In this document: piece by piece, positions 14,921 through 23,398 of the stretch
Position numbering within the stretch: position 1 is the first letter of the stretch
How the letters are laid out: each line of letters begins with the position of its first letter
Assembly (NCBI GenBank): GCA_964508395.1
Contig: CAZDTO010000001.1
Location: 1 to 40,334 of the forward strand
Source: an uncultured Gammaproteobacteria bacterium
Lineage (GTDB): Bacteria; Patescibacteriota; Microgenomatia; Levybacterales; UBA12049
Length of the DNA stretch: 40,334 bases
Direction of reading: 5' to 3'
Notes under the pieces: model-generated
Seen by the model: the letters and a program-made list of their open reading frames with translations, nothing else
The model's database searches: none
What the model was told of the DNA's origin: nothing
Position numbers and translations under genes: made by a program

Positions 14921-15141
14921 TGAGCAGTTGTGTCGTTTGTGAAAAACCTTTGGCGAAGTATCATTGCTTGCCCGATGTATATTACTGTGTCAGTCCAAGA
15001 TGTACGAACTTGGGGTTGTTAACAGTGATTGTTTTAACGCCTCAAGCGACTAAAACGGAGGTAAAAGATGATAAAGTTGTACCGCAATCTGGAAGCGTTG
15101 GAGCCGATAGTCCTGTCGGGGGATCCGGGGGAAGGAATTAG
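14920..15141 (+). CDS. hypothetical zinc-ribbon protein
   Basis: Track ORF. CVVCEKP...CVSPRC. The last 74 nt overlap TerL-C in another frame, so the C-terminus is uncertain. Confidence 0.35.
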   Translation: MSSCVVCEKPLAKYHCLPDVYYCVSPRCTNLGLLTVIVLTPQATKTEVKDDKVVPQSGSVGADSPVGGSGGRN

Positions 15142-15748
15142 TTTTGCCGCAGGAGTTTGTATAAGCAAGAAGTACCATGATGTACCGCTTGTTTATCATG
15201 CAAGGATTGAATCTCCCGCTTTTGGGAACGAGCTCTACAAAATGGGGCTGTTTGTTAAGAAAAAAACAGGGGACTTTCCTTTATTGGCTGTAGAACGAAA
15301 CATCGGTGCAGCTACAATAGCCAAACTCATTGAGCTGGAGTACCCGTACGGCAAGCTATACAGGCAGAAAACCTTTGACAGAATACTGCGTCAGGAAGAA
15401 GACAGGATAGGATGGGTTACAACATCTACCAACAGAAGAAAGATGCTGGATGATCTGGCTTTGGCTATCCGTAGAAAAGAGTTGAAAGTCTACGATAAAG
15501 ATATTGTAGATGAGATGCTTACCTTTATTATTGCGGAACGCACAGGAGAACCAAGACCTGAGCGTAACCACTTCTCTGATCTGATTATGGCATTGGCAAT
15601 AGCAAATCAAATAGCGGGAGAAAACAGAATAGCGGCGAAGTGGGCGCCGACAATAGAGAAGAAGGAGAAAGATAACTATTTGCCTGAGAAAGCGGAAGGT
15701 TTTATTACCGAAAAATGGCAAGAAAAAAGAGATTGGCGATCAGGTTAG
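15068..15748 (+). CDS. terL: terminase large subunit, C-terminal RNase H-like nuclease half only
   Basis: IVLSGDPGEG (first catalytic Asp strand), AVERNIGAATI, GWVTTSTNRRKMLDDL, HFSDLIMALAIANQ. Own SD GGAGG 15057-15061 and an in-frame TAA 15062-15064 just upstream. Confidence 0.75.
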   Translation: MIKLYRNLEALEPIVLSGDPGEGISFAAGVCISKKYHDVPLVYHARIESPAFGNELYKMGLFVKKKTGDFPLLAVERNIGAATIAKLIELEYPYGKLYRQKTFDRILRQEEDRIGWVTTSTNRRKMLDDLALAIRRKELKVYDKDIVDEMLTFIIAERTGEPRPERNHFSDLIMALAIANQIAGENRIAAKWAPTIEKKEKDNYLPEKAEGFITEKWQEKRDWRSG

Positions 15749-15751
15749 GTA

Positions 15752-15780
15752 TTGACAAACGAGAAAATTAAGATAATAAT
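15752..15780 (+). promoter_or_regulatory. sigma70-type promoter candidate upstream of the portal gene
   Basis: TTGACA 15752-15757, ~17-nt spacer, A/T-rich -10 (gataataat). Confidence 0.35.
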
Positions 15781-15825
15781 ATTAGAGCCTATGATCTTTG
15801 TAGCAGGTATTTACGAGCGTAATTT

Positions 15826-17859
15826 ATGGCACTGCCAACTGTGGCGGAGGATACAAAAGAAGGCGCTGGCGAAATACAACAATGGTCTACTATTGATACC
15901 TCTGATGCAGACCTCATAAAAATAATCAACAAAAGGATTCAGAACGCAACCAAAGACTTTGAGGAACTCCGCACCGAAGGTTTAAGAAATGAACGCTACT
16001 GGTCTAAGGATCACTTACAGGGTATTGATCTTCGCTGGCATAACTCCCGTATCGTACAAAATAGAATTTACCTGAATGTGGAGACAATGGTTCCTATTAT
16101 TACCTCAAAGCCCGCCGAGCCTGTCATCAGTATCGTCAACGATGAAGAAGAAGAAACGCAAAAAAGCAGAGACTTTATATCATCTTTGCAAAAAGTCTTA
16201 TTAGATAAATACTACGATGAGGATTACCCCCAACAGGAACTTTTTGAGATGATTGCCCGCCACCTTTTACTTTTTAAGATCGGTATTCCTAAGATAGTCT
16301 GGTATGACGATATTGATGATTTTGTCGTTGAGTTTGTCCATCCCCACAAAATGATGGTAGGGGCGGACGGATATTACAGCAGTGATGTTTGGACCGCGCA
16401 ATATCTTGAAAAGTCGGTTAAGGAATTGGTTGATGAATTTCCAGAAAAGAAAGATGAATTTTTGTTAAAGTTATTTCCTAACGCGGGAGGAGGCATTGAG
16501 CAATTTGGAGACACTCCTGTTGGCTTCTGGGAATATATGCCTGAAGACGGCAGGTATATAGTCTGGAAAATGCGGGATGTTATTTTGCAGAAAAAAATTA
16601 ATCCATATATTAAATGGACTGATGACAAGAAATTTGACAAGGAAAACAACCATTTCGATTACTCAAAAAAGCCTACTATGTTTCTTAACTCCCAGACTTT
16701 AGGCAGGCATATCTGGGATGACACCTCAGTTGTCAGTCAGGCTATTCCTTTGCAGGATGGCATCAATTTAATGCAAAGGATTATTACCGATACGTCAAGA
16801 GATCAGGGTATTCTCGTGGGAGCAATGGAGTTGATCGATAAAGACGAACTCTATAAGTACACGGGAGGGTACAGCGAAAAACTGGCGGTAACAGGAAGCG
16901 ATCCGACAAAGGCTTTGCATCGAGTAGACCCCAAGAAGTTAGAGGCTTTTATACAGGATAATCTTTTGCACCTAGAGAATGCTTTGGATAATGTGATGGG
17001 TGTTCATTCAACAACGCGGGGAGAAAAGAGCAGCCAGCCGACATTGGGACAGGATCAACTTTCAAAGGAAGGGGATTACGGAAGAATTGACGGAATTGTC
17101 AGAGGAATAGAGAGAGTAGCTTCAGAGATATATAGCTGGGAAATCCAGATGATGGCAGTCAAGTACAAAGAGAAACATTTTCAGAGAATATTGGGGAATA
17201 AAAGGGGCAAAGAGTTTTACAAAGAGTTTAAGGAAGCTCTGAAGAAAGGTATTAAGATTATCATTAAGGCAGGATCAACTCTGCCTACAGACAAGCGCAC
17301 TCAAAGAGACGAGGCAATAGAACTTGCTAAGGCGGACAAGATTAGCAACCTCGACTTTTTTGAGCGCATGGATTACCCAAACCCCAAGAAGATGGCACAG
17401 AACTTGTGGCTAGAGCAGAACGCTCCCGAAGAACTGTACCCTGAATTAGTTGAGCAAATAACGGCAAAGAAGGAAAAGGATGCGGCGGCAATGCAGGAGC
17501 AAGTGGCAGCGCAACAAGCACCTGTACCTGTTACACAAGTACCAAATGGCGTAACAAATGGACAAGCAATGCCTAATGGTCAGATGGGACAAACTACGCC
17601 AATGGGACAACCCGCTTCCCAAACTCTAGCAGTCGAACCTACAGAACACACGCAAGCCCTCTTATCAGGACAGCAAGTAGAACCTTTTGAGGGTATTGAT
17701 TCCGCACAAGCAGAGGATCATCTTATAAGAGAGTTGCAGTTTGTGGGATCTGATGAATTTATGCAGTTATCAGAAGATATACAGGCTATCTATGCGCAAC
17801 ACGTTGTAGCGGAAAAGGAGATATTGGAACAGCAGACAGGACAACAATCTTATGCCTAA
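15826..17859 (+). CDS. portal protein
   Basis: 677 aa ORF immediately after the terminase. Size and position are typical. Q/P-rich low-complexity stretch near the C-terminus. No motif-level confirmation possible by eye. Confidence 0.6.
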   Translation: MALPTVAEDTKEGAGEIQQWSTIDTSDADLIKIINKRIQNATKDFEELRTEGLRNERYWSKDHLQGIDLRWHNSRIVQNRIYLNVETMVPIITSKPAEPVISIVNDEEEETQKSRDFISSLQKVLLDKYYDEDYPQQELFEMIARHLLLFKIGIPKIVWYDDIDDFVVEFVHPHKMMVGADGYYSSDVWTAQYLEKSVKELVDEFPEKKDEFLLKLFPNAGGGIEQFGDTPVGFWEYMPEDGRYIVWKMRDVILQKKINPYIKWTDDKKFDKENNHFDYSKKPTMFLNSQTLGRHIWDDTSVVSQAIPLQDGINLMQRIITDTSRDQGILVGAMELIDKDELYKYTGGYSEKLAVTGSDPTKALHRVDPKKLEAFIQDNLLHLENALDNVMGVHSTTRGEKSSQPTLGQDQLSKEGDYGRIDGIVRGIERVASEIYSWEIQMMAVKYKEKHFQRILGNKRGKEFYKEFKEALKKGIKIIIKAGSTLPTDKRTQRDEAIELAKADKISNLDFFERMDYPNPKKMAQNLWLEQNAPEELYPELVEQITAKKEKDAAAMQEQVAAQQAPVPVTQVPNGVTNGQAMPNGQMGQTTPMGQPASQTLAVEPTEHTQALLSGQQVEPFEGIDSAQAEDHLIRELQFVGSDEFMQLSEDIQAIYAQHVVAEKEILEQQTGQQSYA

Positions 17860-17980
17860 AAAACTTGAAGCCAAATTACTCAATGCGGCTAAGAGAAAAG
17901 GTTTTAGTAAGGAGAGGATTGGTGCGTATGTTTATGGAAGTCTCCATAAACTGGGTTGGAAACCCAACAAGGAAAAATGA
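17852..17980 (+). CDS. hypothetical small basic protein (42 aa)
   Basis: Hand-translated MPKKLEAKLLNAAKRKGFSKERIGAYVYGSLHKLGWKPNKEK. Overlaps the portal stop. Confidence 0.35.
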   Translation: MPKKLEAKLLNAAKRKGFSKERIGAYVYGSLHKLGWKPNKEK

Positions 17981-18189
17981 AAACCAAAGTAGATAGGGTA
18001 ATTATTCTTAAAAGAATAAGAGATGAAGGCAGGGTATCTTGGAAAATTATTGGTAGAATTTTCAAAATCAGTTATACCAGAGCAAGACAAATTTATTTTA
18101 ATAATGGACAAAATAACAATTATCCTAAAACGACTGGCTTAAAGGTACAGCCTCGAAAAATAGCAGACTATACAAACCTCTATTCTTAG
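17977..18189 (+). CDS. small HTH protein
   Basis: Track ORF 17956..18189, with the ATG at 17977 in an ATGA overlap. VSWKIIGRIFKISYTRARQIY is HTH-like. Confidence 0.45.
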   Translation: MKTKVDRVIILKRIRDEGRVSWKIIGRIFKISYTRARQIYFNNGQNNNYPKTTGLKVQPRKIADYTNLYS

Positions 18190-18216
18190 TCAATAATATA
18201 ACCAGCAGAAAAAGGT

Positions 18217-18256
18217 GAGCAATCTGATAAGCAGTTATCAGGTCGCTCTTTTTTAT
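18217..18256 (+). terminator. intrinsic terminator
   Basis: gagc..ctgataa-gcag-ttatcag..gctc stem (perfect 7-bp core), followed by tttttt. Confidence 0.7.
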
Positions 18257-18319
18257 TTTAATAGATAGTCTCGGAGAACGCTACTCCGCAACAAATATGC
18301 GTAAAAAGACTATGACATT

Positions 18320-19117
18320 ATGTTAAGACCAATAGACGGAGCAGAGGTTTCACAGGAAGAAATAGATGCTTTGAAACCAAAGCCGCCTGAAGAAAAATCT
18401 GAACCTGGGAGTGAACCCAGCGAAAAAACACCAGAAGGGGAAGAAAAGAAGGAAGTCTCGCCCGAAGGCGGAGAGAAAGTTCCTTATCACGAAGACCCGA
18501 CAGTTCAACTGTACATTGAAAGACAAGTTGCCAAAAGAGTCGGGGAGGGCAACAAGGCTTGGGAGGAAAGGTTAGCCAGATTAGAACAAGGACTAACCAA
18601 GAAAGAGGAAAGCCCGAGCATTTTTGGGGGACTAAAACTTGAAGGTAATGATGCGGTAATAGCAAAAGCCTTAGTTTTACAAGCCAAAAAGGAAATGTAC
18701 GAGGACTTAAAAAGGGTTGACGGAGAAAATAGAGCACAGATAGAGAAAGAGGAGCAGGCTTTACTAGGCTGGCTGAACGAACTCAAGACAACCAGCGTAA
18801 TAAAATCTGATGATGACATAACAGAAATTGTCAGGTTACTAAAAAAGTACGGCAAGGGGAGAGATGACGAGGAAGACAAGAGTTTAGTCTTAGAGCTTTT
18901 TGAACAGACAAGGACAGCAAGAGAAGCGGCAATAGCGGAAGGAAAGAAAGCAGGAGAAGAAGAAGGAATTAAAAAAGCTCAGGAGGCAAAGGTAGGTTCA
19001 GGAAGAAAGGGAGCAGAGATAGGCAAGACAGACAGAACCTATCAGGACAGAAGACTGCATGACAGAAACATGGACGATATAGTAGCGCAGGAAATAGAAA
19101 AGATTAGAGGAAGTTAA
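18320..19117 (+). CDS. scaffolding protein candidate
   Basis: Highly charged, Glu/Lys-rich, coiled-coil-like 265 aa ORF between the portal and major capsid genes. Confidence 0.5.
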   Translation: MLRPIDGAEVSQEEIDALKPKPPEEKSEPGSEPSEKTPEGEEKKEVSPEGGEKVPYHEDPTVQLYIERQVAKRVGEGNKAWEERLARLEQGLTKKEESPSIFGGLKLEGNDAVIAKALVLQAKKEMYEDLKRVDGENRAQIEKEEQALLGWLNELKTTSVIKSDDDITEIVRLLKKYGKGRDDEEDKSLVLELFEQTRTAREAAIAEGKKAGEEEGIKKAQEAKVGSGRKGAEIGKTDRTYQDRRLHDRNMDDIVAQEIEKIRGS

Positions 19118-19185
19118 AGAATTACTAAAAGTTTATATCAAAAATATAAATTTCTAGTAGCACTTTAACAACTGAATAGATATAG

Positions 19186-19214
19186 TTGACAGAGGAGTTT
19201 TGTAGTGTTATACT
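19186..19214 (+). promoter_or_regulatory. sigma70-type promoter with extended -10 driving the HNH gene
   Basis: TTGACA 19186-19191, 17-nt spacer, TGt 19206-19208, TATACT 19209-19214. ATG 19221 lies about 7 nt downstream, so the transcript may be leaderless. Confidence 0.5.
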
Positions 19215-19220
19215 TTGGAT

Positions 19221-19778
19221 ATGCCAAGGTATAAATTTCCCAAAGGACATATTGCTTGGAATAAGGGAAAAACTGCTAAAAACGATCCTCGAATCTCAAA
19301 ACTTGCAGTATGGCAAGGTAAAAAGTTTTCTCTTGAGCATCGCAGAAGGATTGCCGAAGGAAATAAGGGCAAGAAAATGTCTGAGGAAGCCAAAGAGAAA
19401 ATAAGACAGTCCCATTTAGGCGAGAAAAACGCAGTGTATGGGAAGAAACAGACGCCAGAGCATATTGAAAAGCGGACGGCAAAGATTCGGGGTCGTAAGA
19501 ATACTTGGTTGCAAGGTAAGAAACACAAACGATGGCAAGGCGGAGTCAGAAGAGATAGAGGCTATAGATATATTCTCAAACCTAACCATCCAAATGCAAT
19601 CCAGGGATATGTAGCAGAACATAGACTTGTAATAGAGGAACAATCAGGAGAATTATTAGATCGAAAATTGGTTGTCCATCATATAGATGGGAGCAGAGAT
19701 AATAATAACCTAGAAAACTTACAAGTCCTAAATAGAAAAGAACATAGCAGACTACATAGACTACAAAAACTTCATTAA
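19221..19778 (+). CDS. HNH homing endonuclease with NUMOD3-like repeats
   Basis: Track ORF 19215..19778 (TTG 19215, ATG 19221). Repeated s-x-E-h-r-x-k-I motifs (LEHRRRIAEGNKG, SEEAKEKIRQSHLG, TPEHIEKRTAKIRG). C-terminal HNH block VVHHIDGSRDNNNLENLQVLNRKEHSRLH. Confidence 0.8.
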   Translation: MPRYKFPKGHIAWNKGKTAKNDPRISKLAVWQGKKFSLEHRRRIAEGNKGKKMSEEAKEKIRQSHLGEKNAVYGKKQTPEHIEKRTAKIRGRKNTWLQGKKHKRWQGGVRRDRGYRYILKPNHPNAIQGYVAEHRLVIEEQSGELLDRKLVVHHIDGSRDNNNLENLQVLNRKEHSRLHRLQKLH

Positions 19779-19831
19779 ATAACATTCGGTCATCTATACC
19801 TATTCAGTTGAAGAAGTAGCTCAAAAAAATT

Positions 19832-20878
19832 ATGGCTACCTTCGATGAGTACCTAAATTCTCTTACTTTGCACAGGATGGCACCTAACGTTTACGATGGC
19901 GTTTTGGGTGGAAACTTCTTAACGAACAGGCTTTTTATGAACGCTAAGCCTTGGGGCGGAGAAACAATTAAAGTAGCTTTCATGTACCGCAAAAATACTT
20001 CCGGCCAATGGTATGACGGAATGGACTCGCTTTCAACCGCAAGAGTCAATACACGTATAAGACTTTCTTTTGAGCCAAGATGGTTCTCTCAATCAGTAGT
20101 GGTTGCAGGAACTGATCTTGATGTCAACAATACCAAAGAGGGAGTTATTAAACTTTTAGGCGTTGAGATGGAGACAGCCAAGATTTCTATGGCTGACAGC
20201 GTTGGAGACGCATTTTATACCCTTCAAGCAGGCAAAGCCCCATTATCTCTATTAGATGTGGCTGATGACGCAACAGATGTAACAACGTATGGCGGAGCCA
20301 GCAGAAGCACATACAGCGCTCTTAACGGACAAAGAAACGCAGCGGGCGGAGTATTGTCTACCTCTATGATGGGAACTCTGTATGATGACTGTTCGGCAGG
20401 AACAATCCATCCTAACCTCCTCACAGCAGGAGAGGCAGTCTGGAGAGCTTATGAAGGACTTTTACAGCCGACTATAGTAAATAACATTCAAGCATCTGGT
20501 TACTCTCAAGCAACCGCAGACGGAGTTGTAGCTTCTAAACAAGCATTAGGCGGAGACATCGGATTTGATTCACTCTTTTACACAGGACATCCTGTTGTAA
20601 GAGATGAGAAAGTTCCAGCTCAAAACTTATTTATGATCCCTGAAGACTATGTAGCTTGGTACTCGCTTCCTTCCATGAAATGGACACAAGTATCAATGGG
20701 TACTTCGGTAATTGACGGACCTTACAAGAAAGCTCCTAACAGTGCTTTGAAACTTTACTGGTCAGGGTTGAGAGAACCTACATCATCCGATTCGGAAGTA
20801 GGATTTTTCAAGATCGGCGGACAGTTAATTGGTACGAACCCAAGGTTTGTAGGAAGGCTGACCGGAATAACAGGATAA
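19832..20878 (+). CDS. major capsid protein candidate
   Basis: 348 aa ORF following the scaffold gene. Size and position fit, but no motif-level proof. Confidence 0.55.
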   Translation: MATFDEYLNSLTLHRMAPNVYDGVLGGNFLTNRLFMNAKPWGGETIKVAFMYRKNTSGQWYDGMDSLSTARVNTRIRLSFEPRWFSQSVVVAGTDLDVNNTKEGVIKLLGVEMETAKISMADSVGDAFYTLQAGKAPLSLLDVADDATDVTTYGGASRSTYSALNGQRNAAGGVLSTSMMGTLYDDCSAGTIHPNLLTAGEAVWRAYEGLLQPTIVNNIQASGYSQATADGVVASKQALGGDIGFDSLFYTGHPVVRDEKVPAQNLFMIPEDYVAWYSLPSMKWTQVSMGTSVIDGPYKKAPNSALKLYWSGLREPTSSDSEVGFFKIGGQLIGTNPRFVGRLTGITG

Positions 20879-20882
20879 ATAT

Positions 20883-21605
20883 ATGTCTTATTTAAGAGGA
20901 TTGCCAGAAGTATTTGGAATTGACAGCTTCGATGTATCTACAGTGCAACAGCACCAGCTAGGGAGTATAGGATATGATGCACTCTTTAGAAAGTATAGAT
21001 ACGTTCAGGCAGGAGCAGTAGCCTTAGTTAAAGGCAATCTTTTACAATCCCCTGCCAGATCAACCGACTATACAGACATGGCAGTACAGGCAGCGGCAGC
21101 GGTTGACGCAAAGACCATGGAAGTTACTTTGGGCGCAACAGCTACCACAGCCAACCAGTTTACAGAAGGTACTTTAGTTGTTTCCGTTACTCCAGGTATT
21201 GGACAGAATTTCTCTATAACTGGACACGATGTGACAGCGGCTTCGGGAGTTGCTACCTTCAATATCGCAGAGCCAATCTTGACAGCCTTGACAACCGCCT
21301 CAAAGGTAACTGTTACCAAAAATCCTTATGACGGGGTTATTGTCAGTCCGACCACTAGAACAGGTATTACCGTAGGTGTGGCTATAACAGCAGTAGCGAT
21401 AGATGGATACGGCTGGATCGGGGTAGAGGGACAATTCGGAGTACTTTCAGACGCAACAGTAGCTGCAGTTGGAGAGGGACTTTCTCCCTCCACAACCACA
21501 GCAGGAACAGTTACCAAAGCAGTTACCTTACTTGAGAGAATTGGTACAGCAGGAATACTGGGAGTATCGGCTCAGGTTGAGCCATGCTTCCTGAACTTGC
21601 CTTAG
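20883..21605 (+). CDS. capsid-associated (decoration/cement-like) protein candidate
   Basis: Ala/Thr/Val/Gly-rich 240 aa ORF directly after the capsid gene. Confidence 0.3.
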   Translation: MSYLRGLPEVFGIDSFDVSTVQQHQLGSIGYDALFRKYRYVQAGAVALVKGNLLQSPARSTDYTDMAVQAAAAVDAKTMEVTLGATATTANQFTEGTLVVSVTPGIGQNFSITGHDVTAASGVATFNIAEPILTALTTASKVTVTKNPYDGVIVSPTTRTGITVGVAITAVAIDGYGWIGVEGQFGVLSDATVAAVGEGLSPSTTTAGTVTKAVTLLERIGTAGILGVSAQVEPCFLNLP

Positions 21606-21615
21606 TAAAATACCT

Positions 21616-23007
21616 ATGCGAAGCTTAGCAGAACGAAATACCCTATTAAAATATAGGAAAGGACAGCTTAAACTCGAAGACCTCGAAGGCGGTGGCGGAC
21701 ACGTCGCCCCAGCTCCGGGAGGCAGAATCTTCTACGTAGACTCAGTTTCAGGCGCCTCAACCAATGGCGGAGAAGACACAGATCATCCAATGGCAACTAT
21801 TGACCAGGCTGTCAGTCTGGCAGCAGTAACAGCAACTAGAGGCGATGTGATTGCAGTTTTACCAGGACATGCAGAAAACATCTCGGCAGCAACCTCTTTG
21901 GTATCCGACATAGCAGGACTTAGGATTGTAGGCTTTGGTGTAGGCAGGGCAAGACCAGTTCTGACTTGGACAGCTACGGCAGGAACTATCGAGATGGATG
22001 CGGCCAACTGTACTCTTGAGAATTTGGTGTTTTTAGCGTCAGTTTCAGCAATTACGGTAGGAATAAATGTTGATGCAGCTAATTGTCAGATGGTCGGCTG
22101 CGAGTTTAACTGGGATGAAACAGGAGATGACTTTCTAATTGGAGTTGATCCCGCAACAAGCGGAACGAGGTTTAAATTTATCGAAAATGATTTTATCGCA
22201 GAAGACACTGCGGGCGCAGCTGATGGACTTAGATTAAATGACACAGACGGGTATGAAATTATCGGAAATTTCTTTACAGGAAATTGGTCAAATGCTCCTA
22301 TAAGAAGTGTTACTGGTGTTTCTTCGGGGGTTAATATTAGTGATAATTATGTAGTTAATACTTCAACCACCGCTGGAGATGGATGTATTCTGATTGCAAC
22401 AGCAGATACGGGAATTTGTGCCAACAACTGGATGGGTTCTGGTGTAGTTGGTACTGGTGCAGACAATACACTATTTGATCCGGGCTCTCTTTACTGTACT
22501 GGCAATCGTCTTGCAAGAGGTATTGATAAAGCAGGTTATATCGTTCCCACAGGCAGTCTTACAGGAGGTAGGCTATTAGAGTGGAGACTAGCTAAGGTTG
22601 CAGACTCGTCCTTTACAGGTGGCTCAGCTAACACTCATGGAGATGATGGCGGAACAGACGATCCCCACACAGTCTTTACTGTTACAGGAGATATAGTTAT
22701 ACAGGCAATTTGGGGCGTATGTAATACCGATCTTACAGGAGCTACAGCTACTATTGAAGTAGGAGTTGCAGGAAATACCGCAGGACTTATTGCTCAAGAA
22801 ACTGCCACAGAAATTGACGATGGTGGAATATATGTTAGTGCTACCCAGGCAGTAGGAGTGGCTGCAGCTGCCGGATCGGGTGCGTTGATTGCTCTAAATG
22901 ATGGTGTAGATATTATTGAAACTGTCGGAACAGCAGATGTTACAGCTGGTCAGATTGATTATTACTGTGTTTGGGCGCCAGCTGAGGATGGAGCATACTT
23001 AGCATGA
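21616..23007 (+). CDS. right-handed beta-helix (pectate-lyase-fold-like) structural protein
   Basis: GGRIFYVDSVSGASTNGGEDTDHPMATIDQAV...GDVIAVLPGHAENI, then a repetitive N/G/D-rich coil pattern (NDF, GNFFTGN, SDNYVVN). Confidence 0.45.
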   Translation: MRSLAERNTLLKYRKGQLKLEDLEGGGGHVAPAPGGRIFYVDSVSGASTNGGEDTDHPMATIDQAVSLAAVTATRGDVIAVLPGHAENISAATSLVSDIAGLRIVGFGVGRARPVLTWTATAGTIEMDAANCTLENLVFLASVSAITVGINVDAANCQMVGCEFNWDETGDDFLIGVDPATSGTRFKFIENDFIAEDTAGAADGLRLNDTDGYEIIGNFFTGNWSNAPIRSVTGVSSGVNISDNYVVNTSTTAGDGCILIATADTGICANNWMGSGVVGTGADNTLFDPGSLYCTGNRLARGIDKAGYIVPTGSLTGGRLLEWRLAKVADSSFTGGSANTHGDDGGTDDPHTVFTVTGDIVIQAIWGVCNTDLTGATATIEVGVAGNTAGLIAQETATEIDDGGIYVSATQAVGVAAAAGSGALIALNDGVDIIETVGTADVTAGQIDYYCVWAPAEDGAYLA

Positions 23008-23011
23008 TACT

Positions 23012-23290
23012 ATGGCTAAAAAGAAAGTAAAAAAAGTTAAAGAAGTCGTAGAGACTCCTCAAGAGGAGGCAGTAGAAGAAGTGGTTGTTGAGGAAGCATC
23101 TGTTGAAGAGGGCGTTGAAGAAGTTAAAAAAGAAGAACAACCAGTCGTTGCAAGTGCGCCCTGTCCTGATTGCACTGTCTTAATAGATGATGGGGGCAAG
23201 AGCGAATTTGGAGGCAAAGGCGGAGTTAAGCCAGGTTTGATAAATCCGAATACTCATTGTCCTAATTGTGAAGGTCATGGAGTAGTATAG
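23012..23290 (+). CDS. acidic protein with C-terminal zinc-finger (CxxC...CxxCxGxG)
   Basis: Track ORF. CPDC ... CPNCEGHG. Confidence 0.45.
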   Translation: MAKKKVKKVKEVVETPQEEAVEEVVVEEASVEEGVEEVKKEEQPVVASAPCPDCTVLIDDGGKSEFGGKGGVKPGLINPNTHCPNCEGHGVV

Positions 23291-23398
23291 TTGTCTTTTG
23301 TAGGGTCGGTCTTATAATGTCATAGGTAAAAGTACATTTGCTCACGAATATCTGCTAAAGATAAGCCCGACCTTAGAGAAGACAATTAAAAAGAAAAT

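Larger units (their letters stand above)
19169..19810 (+). mobile_element. free-standing HNH homing-endonuclease cassette bounded by a 17-bp inverted repeat
   Basis: caactgaatagatatag (19169-19185) versus ctatacctattcagttg (19794-19810) match 16/17 as reverse complements. They enclose the cassette's own promoter plus the HNH ORF. Confidence 0.55.

Noticed and set aside
13357-15067. Group I/II intron or intein as the cause of the TerL split.
   Set aside because: The insert is a string of five SD-led coupled ORFs rather than a folded intron core with one homing-endonuclease ORF. TerL-C has its own SD and a stop codon 3 nt upstream. No intein splice-junction motifs (Cys/Ser start, His-Asn end) are present. 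I cannot exclude exotic RNA processing without data.
13152-21517. Antisense or alternate-frame ORFs inside the terminase, MAP, portal, scaffold, HNH and capsid genes (13152..13340, 14233..14523, 15356..15721, 16374..16653, 18318..18879, 19186..19404, 19208..19785 set, 20224..20424, 21068..21517).
   Set aside because: All are nested in longer ORFs with recognisable or positionally expected functions. The 18318..18737 ORF mirrors the low-complexity scaffold gene.
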